The position numbers and the translations under genes were made by a program. The notes under the pieces were generated by a model. It saw only the letters and a list, made by a program, of their open reading frames with translations, had not been told where the DNA came from and did no database searches. This document shows positions 32,947 to 40,279 of a DNA stretch of 64,000 bases, piece after piece. Each line of letters opens with the position of its first letter. The stretch's first letter is position 1. The DNA comes from Candidatus Pelagibacterales bacterium (GTDB taxonomy: Bacteria > Pseudomonadota > Alphaproteobacteria > Pelagibacterales > Pelagibacteraceae), in assembly GCA_965244885.1 (NCBI GenBank), contig OZ251766.1, positions 524,625-588,624 on the forward strand, read 5' to 3'.

Positions 32947-33780
32947 TTACAGATTTTGAATTTTTGGGTATTCAATTTTTACCTTAGGAATCTGCAGTCT
33001 TAAATCATTAATTCTAGTTCCAGAAGAGGGGTGGGTGCTTAAAAATTGAGGAGGTTCTTTTCCTTTCATTTTTTCTTGCATACGCTCCCATAATTGGACA
33101 GCTCCTGCAGGATCGTAACCAGCTAAATTTGCAAAAATTATTCCAAGATAATCTGCTTCAGATTCTTGATGACGACTAAATGGATTGAAAATACCAAGTT
33201 GCACTATATCCATGCCGGTTGTTTGGCCGACAGTATTTCTTGTTCGAGAAATTGCTCCACCTAAAGCAATATCTGCAGCCATGCTTCCAATATTGATTGC
33301 AAGGGCAGCACTTGCTCTCTCTAAAGAGTGTCTTGCTACAGCGTGTGCAATTTCATGTCCCATAACAGCTGCAAGTCCGTTTTCATCTTTGGTAACTTCT
33401 AAGATTCCACTGTACACTGCAATTTTTCCACCAGGCATACACCAGGCGTTTAATGTTTTTGGATCGTTAATTAAAATATATTCCCAATCATAATTCTGTG
33501 TTGGATCTTTTAAATTATGACTTTTAAAATAATATCTAATGGCTTTTTCAAGCTTTTGACCTACAGCAACGATCGGATCCAATTGATCTTTTTCTGTGAT
33601 TAATTTAGCTTTTTCTTTAACTTGCTTGTAAGCTCCAATTGCTTGGCTGTTGATCATGGACTCTGGCAAAGCTGTAAATTGTGGCCTTCCAGTAATTGGA
33701 GCAGTAGAGCATCCTGCTAATAAAAAACCACCACAACAGCAAGTGGTTAGGGATAAAAAATCTCTTCTATTTATATTCAT
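32947..33780 (-). CDS. M48 family zinc metallopeptidase, Tat-exported lipoprotein
   Basis: NRRDFL twin-arginine signal, LAGC lipobox, NAWCMPGG, HEIAH, ESEAD, STHP. Confidence 0.93.
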   Translation of the reverse strand: MNINRRDFLSLTTCCCGGFLLAGCSTAPITGRPQFTALPESMINSQAIGAYKQVKEKAKLITEKDQLDPIVAVGQKLEKAIRYYFKSHNLKDPTQNYDWEYILINDPKTLNAWCMPGGKIAVYSGILEVTKDENGLAAVMGHEIAHAVARHSLERASAALAINIGSMAADIALGGAISRTRNTVGQTTGMDIVQLGIFNPFSRHQESEADYLGIIFANLAGYDPAGAVQLWERMQEKMKGKEPPQFLSTHPSSGTRINDLRLQIPKVKIEYPKIQNL

Positions 33781-33842
33781 TAAATTTTAAATATTTTACT
33801 TGTGAATTTAGACAACAAAATGTTATTTCTAGTTAGTTTATC

Positions 33843-34446
33843 ATGAAATCTTCAATAATTACAAAGCTCAGAAACTATTTTTTAGCAGGAATAGTTACAT
33901 TAATTCCGATATTTATAACTGTATATTTAACAGTTGTTGTTATCGATCTTTTCTCAAAGATAGTGCCAGATGCTGTAAATCCAAACAAATATCTGCCCTT
34001 TAAAATACCAGGATTAGAAATCTTAATAGCACTTATTATTACTACCTTTATTGGAATGATTTCTTTAACTTATTTTGGAAAACAGTTCTTATTGTTAGGT
34101 AAAAATTTACTAGAAAGAATACCTGTAGTTCGTTCAATTTATTCAGGAGTTACTCAATTCACCAAAAGTTTTCAAGAAGAAGGGTCTGCGAATAAAAAAG
34201 TTGTTCTCATTGAATTTCCAAGACCAGGAGCTTGGGCAGTAGGTTTTGCAACCAACGAAACTACAAAGCCTATATCACCAAAGATTAGCGATAATTTAAC
34301 TAGTGTTTTTATACCAACAACATCCAAACCCAACTAGCGGATTTTTAATTTTAGTTCCTAAAAAAGATATAATTTTCTTAAATATGAACTTTGAAGACGC
34401 TATGAAATTTATAATTTCAGTTGGTGCAGTAGGCGAGTTGAAATAA
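33843..34446 (+). pseudogene. DUF502 family membrane protein with a +1 frameshift (real or sequencing error)
   Basis: ORF stops at 34337; deleting one base near 34323 restores IPTTPNPTSGFLILVPKKDIIFLNMNFEDAMKFIISVGAVGELK*, ending at 34446. Confidence 0.85.
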
Positions 34447-34559
34447 AGTTATCTATTTAAATTAAGCAATTATCCTTAAAAGCTGAATATTTAGCGAAGA
34501 AAATGATCTAGAATTTATACATACTCCAGTGCCTAGATTCTGGTAAACTAGATCGTAGA

Positions 34560-34844
34560 ATGAAAAAGATATTATTAGGTGTAGCATTATTGCTTTTGGC
34601 TGGATGTGCAACAGTTAAAGAAACATATGCTCCAGACGGAAGAAAATCTTATACTTTAAATTGTAGTGGTGCAGCAAGAGGTTGGGACAAATGTGAAGCT
34701 GCAGCTGGAGAAATTTGTCAAACAAAAGGTTACGATGTTATTAGTAGAAATGAAGCTAACACTTCTGCTGTTGGCGGAACAAGAGATGGAATTTTTGGTT
34801 CAAAAAATCAGGAACGTTCAATGATGGTTGCTTGCAAAGGTTAA
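34560..34844 (+). CDS. Small Cys-containing lipoprotein, unknown function
   Basis: LLAGC lipobox; four further Cys (NC...KC...IC...AC). Confidence 0.85.
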   Translation: MKKILLGVALLLLAGCATVKETYAPDGRKSYTLNCSGAARGWDKCEAAAGEICQTKGYDVISRNEANTSAVGGTRDGIFGSKNQERSMMVACKG

Positions 34845-34862
34845 ATGGCCAGAACTTTGATT
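34842..34862 (+). repeat. 21-bp direct repeat, copy 1
   Basis: TAAATGGCCAGAACTTTGATT; 20/21 identical to 35088-35108. Confidence 0.9.
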
Positions 34863-34881
34863 GAGATTAAAAGTATCTAGG

Positions 34882-35094
34882 ATGAGATGGATTGGGGCAA
34901 TGATTTTAGGAGTTATTTTTTGGTATCTAATAACTTTTTTATTTGGATTTATAGTTTCTATTACAATTTTAAAAAATCTTAACTTTTTTAAAGACTCTAG
35001 TAATTCTAATTTAATAAATTTTATTTGGTATCCATTAGGAGTGTATTTAGCTTTTAAAATTACAAAGACATCTTTTTTTGGAAAAAATAAATGA
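34882..35094 (+). CDS. Small two-TM membrane protein
   Basis: ATG at 34882 in the frame of ORF 34861-35094; two hydrophobic segments; stop overlaps the next start (ATGA). Confidence 0.7.
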   Translation: MRWIGAMILGVIFWYLITFLFGFIVSITILKNLNFFKDSSNSNLINFIWYPLGVYLAFKITKTSFFGKNK

Positions 35095-35108
35095 CCAGAA
35101 CTTTGATT
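35088..35108 (+). repeat. 21-bp direct repeat, copy 2
   Basis: TAAATGACCAGAACTTTGATT. Confidence 0.9.
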
Positions 35109-35543
35109 ATCATTCTAGCTTCATTTTTTATCTTTTCAGTTTCTTACTCAAAAGAGATTTCATTAGTGTGCGATTTTATAAAAATAGAAATAATTGCTTC
35201 ACCTGATAAAGGGGCTACTATTATAGAAAGATCAAAAGCAGCAGATACATATCTTAAAAAAGAAACAATAAATTTTGATTTAAATAAAAAACAAGTTTTT
35301 AATTCTTCACTGTTTATAATTTATAATTCACAAACTAATGTTGGTTATAAACTAGGAAAAATCATTGAAACAGACTCAAATACAATCGGTTTTAAAGGCG
35401 TTGATAAAAAAAGAGAATTAATTATTTCATTGAATAGATTAACAGGTGATTTAGTAAAATTAGAATATGAAATAGAAAATGATAAGTTTATAAATAAAAT
35501 AACCACTTTCTATAGTTGTCAGAATAAAGAGAAGTTATTTTAA
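35091..35543 (+). CDS. Secreted hypothetical protein
   Basis: Signal peptide; L.C near the N-terminus, LNRLTG and a C-terminal Cys. Confidence 0.75.
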   Translation: MTRTLIIILASFFIFSVSYSKEISLVCDFIKIEIIASPDKGATIIERSKAADTYLKKETINFDLNKKQVFNSSLFIIYNSQTNVGYKLGKIIETDSNTIGFKGVDKKRELIISLNRLTGDLVKLEYEIENDKFINKITTFYSCQNKEKLF

Positions 35544-35549
35544 AACAAA

Positions 35550-35912
35550 ATGATCTTTAATTTCTTTAAAAAAGATAAAAGAAGCGAATTAAAAAAAAAA
35601 ATTGATGAATTAGATGCTGCGTATATCACAAAGGGAGGAAAAAAAGTTAGTGATGAAGATCATAAAAAATCTAAAGAAAGATTGTATCAGGCATATTTAG
35701 ACGGTGAAGAATTTGAGTTGAAATTGTTAAAGGAAATGAATGAAGAATTAAAAAAAGAAAAACTGGTTAAAGAATCTACAGAACAAGGAGTAAAAACTTC
35801 AGATCAAATGACATTAGATGCTTTAAAATTAAAGTATAAAGCTGTTTTAAAGAAAAATAGTGGGCAAAGGAATGACGACATTGAGGAGTTGATTAAGTCG
35901 TTAGAAAAATGA
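35550..35912 (+). CDS. Hypothetical charged helical protein
   Basis: 120-aa ORF coupled to the next gene by an ATGA overlap. Confidence 0.65.
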   Translation: MIFNFFKKDKRSELKKKIDELDAAYITKGGKKVSDEDHKKSKERLYQAYLDGEEFELKLLKEMNEELKKEKLVKESTEQGVKTSDQMTLDALKLKYKAVLKKNSGQRNDDIEELIKSLEK

Positions 35913-37207
35913 AGCGTCTGATAATTTTTATAATAATTGGATTATTATTTAATAGCATTGCTTATGCAAGACGAGGAGGCAGTTCGGATGGAAGTGGATT
36001 TTTAACAATAATAATTATTGGAGTTATAATTTTTGTAATTGTTTGGTTTTATTCAGATAGATCCAATAAAGCCAAGATTGAAGCAGAGCATATTAGAAAA
36101 AAGTATGACGATCAAAGAGCCATAGAAGTTGAAAAGAATCGGTTTTTACATAATCAGGAATTAGAAAAAAACCGTTTATTAAATGAGAAGGCAGCTTTAG
36201 AAAATTTCATTGCACAAGCAGACAAAAGATTAGAATTAGATACTGATCTTGCGGGCAATAAAAAATCCAGAAAATGGTTTGCTGAAATGAAGGCTGAATT
36301 TGAGTCTGCATTAGATGAGTACAAAGCAAGGCTATTAGAAATAAAAAAACATGCCTCTAAAAAAGGAGCTGAAACATTAAGAGAAGTTAAGGCGGAAAAA
36401 AGAGAATTAGTAAAAAAATTTAAATATGCAGAATATCAACTAAAGACCTATGAAGAATACTTTCCAATCATTGAAGATATTAAAGATTATTTATTAGAAG
36501 AAGATTTTACCTTTATAAGCGGTGATGCTGATGAAAATATAAGTCAAATTGATCCTGTCCAAAGATATTTAACACCAGAGGAATATAAAAAATTACCAAC
36601 TGATATTAAAAATCAAACTGCCTTAGATAATTATTTAAATAAAAAGCATTCAAAAATAGAGATTGGAAGATTTTACGAAAGGTATTTAGGCTATCTTTAC
36701 GAAAGTGATGGTTGGGATGTTAAATATGTTGGAATTATTGAGGGCTTTGAAGACTTAGGAAGAGATCTAGTTTGTGCTAAAAAAAATAAGATTGAAATAG
36801 TCCAAGCTAAGAATTGGTCTAAGTTTAGATTAATAAGAGAGAAGCATTTGTATCAACTCTACGCAACAACGATTCATTATAGAATCCAAAACGAAATTAA
36901 AAAAAGTGTAGAAATCAAGCCAGTATTTTGTAGTACAATTGATTTATCAGATATGGCTAAAAAGGTTGCAAAGGAACTAAATATTGATGTTAAAAAAATT
37001 GAATTAAAAAAAAATTATCCGATTATTAAATGCAATATTAATCCGACAACAAAAGAAAAGATTTATCATCTCCCGTTTGACCAGCAGTACGACAAAACTA
37101 TTATAATTAAAAACAGCGGAGAGTTTTATGCTAAAGATGTTAAAGAAGCTGTATCAAAAGGTTTTAGACGAGCATTTAAATACATGGGTCAACCAGCAAG
37201 TATTTAA
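35909..37207 (+). CDS. Membrane-anchored Mrr-like (PD-(D/E)xK, QxK variant) endonuclease
   Basis: Signal peptide plus TM helix, coiled coil, GRFYERY...DLGRD...VQAK nuclease motif; C-terminal IKCNI...KIYHLP...EA..KGFRRA domain. Confidence 0.75.
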   Translation: MKRLIIFIIIGLLFNSIAYARRGGSSDGSGFLTIIIIGVIIFVIVWFYSDRSNKAKIEAEHIRKKYDDQRAIEVEKNRFLHNQELEKNRLLNEKAALENFIAQADKRLELDTDLAGNKKSRKWFAEMKAEFESALDEYKARLLEIKKHASKKGAETLREVKAEKRELVKKFKYAEYQLKTYEEYFPIIEDIKDYLLEEDFTFISGDADENISQIDPVQRYLTPEEYKKLPTDIKNQTALDNYLNKKHSKIEIGRFYERYLGYLYESDGWDVKYVGIIEGFEDLGRDLVCAKKNKIEIVQAKNWSKFRLIREKHLYQLYATTIHYRIQNEIKKSVEIKPVFCSTIDLSDMAKKVAKELNIDVKKIELKKNYPIIKCNINPTTKEKIYHLPFDQQYDKTIIIKNSGEFYAKDVKEAVSKGFRRAFKYMGQPASI

Positions 37208-37218
37208 GAAATAATTAA

Positions 37219-37626
37219 TTGTATATGGAACAAGAATATTCAGGGTGGAGTGGTGTTAGGACACTTGCAAAAAAGTTAGGATACAGTTGGTTTGATGTTT
37301 GTGACATTCTTTGGAAAACAAAGCATCATAAACAACCCAAATTTAAAGAAATATTGATATTTTCTGTAATTAGAAGGAATTTAATCAGAATAAAAGCTGG
37401 CAAACATTTAAGAGATGTTCGGGGAAATGTAGTTAGAAGAAGAGTAGGTGAGCACGACATCCATTATTCAATTCGAGCTGATTTAGATTTATTTAAACAT
37501 AATCATATAATTAAGAAACAGTGGAAAAATGACCCTGATTTTTACAAATCTATCAGACAAAAATATGAAAATTTATATAAACGCTTCCCTAAAGAAATGA
37601 ATAAACAAGCCGCTATGATAGGGTAG
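37219..37626 (+). CDS. Basic hypothetical protein
   Basis: 135-aa ORF (TTG 37219 or ATG 37225), rich in Arg/Lys/His/Trp. Confidence 0.7.
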   Translation: MYMEQEYSGWSGVRTLAKKLGYSWFDVCDILWKTKHHKQPKFKEILIFSVIRRNLIRIKAGKHLRDVRGNVVRRRVGEHDIHYSIRADLDLFKHNHIIKKQWKNDPDFYKSIRQKYENLYKRFPKEMNKQAAMIG

Positions 37627-37715
37627 GCTGCACAGATTGATACAGGCAAATGCCTTGGTATTATTTTTTTGTTAAAATCCTCTTATAATAAACCAAAAAA
37701 TAAAGAGGAGTTAAG

Positions 37716-38288
37716 ATGACAAAAGAAAAAACAAATGTAGTTTCTATTAAAAGAATAGAAGCTAATAGAAAAAATGCAAAACTTTCAACAGGACCTAAAA
37801 GTTCTGCTGGAAAATTTAGATCTTCACGTAATTCATTAAAGCACGGACTTGAAGCAAGACGTCATTTAATTATTGGCGAGGATGCTAAAGAATTTAATGA
37901 ATATAAGGCATTACAAACTAAAATGTTTGATCCTAAAGATGCAATCGAGGTTGATGATTGTATTCAAATTATTACCCTTGGTTGGAAATTAAGAAGATTT
38001 TCAGTAGTAGAAACTGGTCTTTTTAATCAGGATATTATTCAGCAAATTAAAACCAGCAGCAATAATATTGGAGTTAATTTACTGAAAAGATCTGATTTTG
38101 AAGACGTAGCAAAGGAATTGGATCAAATTCCAGAACTTCAGGGACTTTCTTTTAGAAGGGACTGCAAGGAAGAGAATGCAAATATTAAACTAAATACGAT
38201 GTACATTCGAACATTAGTTTGTCGTCAAAAATTAATTGATATTTACTTTGCAAGACGAAACTCAAATAAAAATCAAAAAATTAATTAA
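37716..38288 (+). CDS. ANRxNA-STGP-KHG motif family protein, unknown function
   Basis: EANRKNAKLSTGPKSSAGKFRSSRNSLKHGL; strong SD GAGGAG upstream. Confidence 0.8.
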   Translation: MTKEKTNVVSIKRIEANRKNAKLSTGPKSSAGKFRSSRNSLKHGLEARRHLIIGEDAKEFNEYKALQTKMFDPKDAIEVDDCIQIITLGWKLRRFSVVETGLFNQDIIQQIKTSSNNIGVNLLKRSDFEDVAKELDQIPELQGLSFRRDCKEENANIKLNTMYIRTLVCRQKLIDIYFARRNSNKNQKIN

Positions 38289-38297
38289 GGAGATCAT

Positions 38298-38762
38298 ATG
38301 AAAAATGAATATTTTAATGAAAGAGAAAAAAGACTATTTAACTCTTTTTCTAATAAAGATGATTTCTATAAAGGGTCCTTTTTTGGGGAAACGAACCCAA
38401 TAATAGATAATAAAATCAACAAGATAGAAGAAAGGATCCTCAAAGGTTATAAGGAGCAACTTAAGAAAACAAAGGACAAAGATAAAAGGGAACAACTACT
38501 TGAGCTTATTAACCTTTATGAACCAAAGGCAGAGGCTGAAAAAGTAGAAGAGACAGTTGTTCCAACTATTGTTAAAGAATCTGCTATTAAAAAACCTAAA
38601 GAGAAAACTAAAGAACTTTTCGTGTTTAAGACAGCAGAGCCTTATCGAAAAGATTACAGTCGTCTTGTTTATTGGTGCAATCCTTTTGAGCCCATTAATA
38701 AGGGAAAGCTCGGAACTACGCAGGGTTGGCGCAAAGAGGAGAGGTTTAAACAGTATTATTAA
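38298..38762 (+). CDS. Hypothetical protein
   Basis: 154-aa ORF with AAGGAG SD, 9 nt after the previous stop. Confidence 0.7.
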   Translation: MKNEYFNEREKRLFNSFSNKDDFYKGSFFGETNPIIDNKINKIEERILKGYKEQLKKTKDKDKREQLLELINLYEPKAEAEKVEETVVPTIVKESAIKKPKEKTKELFVFKTAEPYRKDYSRLVYWCNPFEPINKGKLGTTQGWRKEERFKQYY

Positions 38763-38901
38763 AGATTTTAAATAGATGTTTTATGTGTTTAATATTGACT
38801 ATTTGAAGTAATTTTATTATGACTACTAAATACTAAAGTAATACTTTAAGTATTATATTTAAGTACATGTTTTATATAGTTTTTATATGAAACTTAAAGC
38901 T

Positions 38902-39273
38902 TTAAATTATTATACTTAACTTATCATTATTACTTAGTTTTTTGAGATTATTAAGTACTTTTGTAGATGTACTAAAAGTTGCGAAAACATTGACTTTTGA
39001 GACTAGTCTTATCTCATTATCAATGGAAACTGGCGTTTTTCCGAAGCCAATTGCTATTGAATGACCTTCGCACCAATATGCAACTTCACCAAAAGTGACT
39101 ATATCTCTAGCGTTTTTATCTGGTTTAATGCCTAGATTAGTGGTCTCGAAGTATATCTCTTCGCCCCAGGTGTTTATTTGGGCTTTAAATGAGCTTAATT
39201 TGGCTAATTTGATTGCTGTTTGAGAGTTATCTAGATTAAGCTTAAGTTCAAAGTTATCGAATTTTAGAAGCAT
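38902..39273 (-). CDS. Cyclophilin-like fold protein (TM1367/DUF369-like)
   Basis: NTWGEEIYF, GEVAYW.EG..IAIGFGKTPVS...EIRL. Confidence 0.85.
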   Translation of the reverse strand: MLLKFDNFELKLNLDNSQTAIKLAKLSSFKAQINTWGEEIYFETTNLGIKPDKNARDIVTFGEVAYWCEGHSIAIGFGKTPVSIDNEIRLVSKVNVFATFSTSTKVLNNLKKLSNNDKLSIII

Positions 39274-39330
39274 TATAATGATAAATAACTGTTTTGAGAG
39301 ATATTGACATCAATTTGTGGTTGTATTAAT

Positions 39331-39359
39331 AGTTCCGATAATTAATGGTTATCGGAAAT
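39331..39359. other. Candidate tyrosine recombinase core site (loxP/dif-like)
   Basis: AGTTCCGATAA-TTAATGG-TTATCGGAAAT: perfect 9-bp inverted arms (10/11 extended) around a 7-bp asymmetric spacer, 2 nt before the recombinase ATG. Confidence 0.75.
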
Positions 39360-39361
39360 TT

Positions 39362-40279
39362 ATGTCAAATATAGTCAAAGATCTTAGTTCTATAGAGTTA
39401 GAAACTTTAGACAATATTAGATCCTCAAAGTCAGTAAACACAATAAGAGCTTATAAATCTGATTTTAGTCATTTTGTAGATTTCTGTAAAAAAAATAATT
39501 TAAAATCATTGCCAGCGGATCCTAAGATTGTTTCATTTTATATAACTCATCTTTCATTAAATTCTAAAGTAAGCACTTTAAAACGTAGATTAGCGTCTAT
39601 TAGTGTAATTCATAAACTTAAGGGTCATTATATAGATATTAAGCATCCATTAATAATTGAAAATTTAATGGGAATACAAAGAAAAAAAGGAGTCTTCCAA
39701 AAATCTAAAAATCCAATTTTAGTTAATGAGTTGAGACAAATAATTAATATTATAGAAAAAAATAGTACAAACGAATTAAAAAAAAAGAGAGACAAAGCTT
39801 TAATATTAATTGGATTTTCTGGAGGCTTTAGAAGGTCTGAATTAGTAAATATTGATCTAGATGATATTGAGTTTACAAAAGAAGGCGTAAAAATTTTTAT
39901 TAAAAGATCTAAAACTGATCAATCGGGCGAAGGTATGACCAAAGCTATACCCTACTTTAAGGAAAAAAGTTTTTGTCCCGTCATTTTTTTAAAACAATGG
40001 ATTGAAATTTCTAAAATACAAAAAGGGTTAATATTTAATATTTCTGATAAAATGGTAGCTCTTTTAATTAAACGTTATTTATCAGAAGCTGGATTTGATT
40101 CAAAGAAATATTCAGGACATAGTTTAAGATCAGGCTTTGCGACAGTTGCCGCAGATTCAGGTGCTGACGAAAAAAGTATTATGAATATGACCGGTCATAA
40201 AACAACACAAATGGTTAGAAGATATATTAAAGAATCAAACTTATTTAAGAATAATCCTTTAAATAAAATTAATCTTTAA
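39362..40279 (+). CDS. Cre-like tyrosine recombinase
   Basis: NTIRAY SAM-like N-domain; catalytic R (GGFRRSEL), K (RSKTDQ), HSLR, TGH, RRY; start moved to ATG 39362. Confidence 0.93.
   Translation: MSNIVKDLSSIELETLDNIRSSKSVNTIRAYKSDFSHFVDFCKKNNLKSLPADPKIVSFYITHLSLNSKVSTLKRRLASISVIHKLKGHYIDIKHPLIIENLMGIQRKKGVFQKSKNPILVNELRQIINIIEKNSTNELKKKRDKALILIGFSGGFRRSELVNIDLDDIEFTKEGVKIFIKRSKTDQSGEGMTKAIPYFKEKSFCPVIFLKQWIEISKIQKGLIFNISDKMVALLIKRYLSEAGFDSKKYSGHSLRSGFATVAADSGADEKSIMNMTGHKTTQMVRRYIKESNLFKNNPLNKINL

Larger units (their letters stand above)
34447..38901. mobile_element. Accessory genomic island (no integrase or transposase inside)
   Basis: Eight co-oriented non-housekeeping ORFs between core-looking genes; internal direct repeat; boundaries approximate. 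Confidence 0.6.

Noticed and set aside
37624-37657. Minus-strand resemblance to a SAM-V riboswitch 5' part (AGGCATTTG.CTGTAT...TGTGC.GCCT)
   Set aside because: Lacks the GAAC core and the downstream CUAAAAA/SD segment, and has no gene downstream on that strand
39317-39361. N-terminal extension of the recombinase in the ORF track
   Set aside because: The GTG start would run through the promoter-like region and palindrome; ATG 39362 is more plausible
34447-40279. Prophage or integron driven by the tyrosine recombinase
   Set aside because: No structural or replication phage genes, no IntI-specific insertion or attC sites recognised, and a conserved cyclophilin-like gene separates the recombinase from the island
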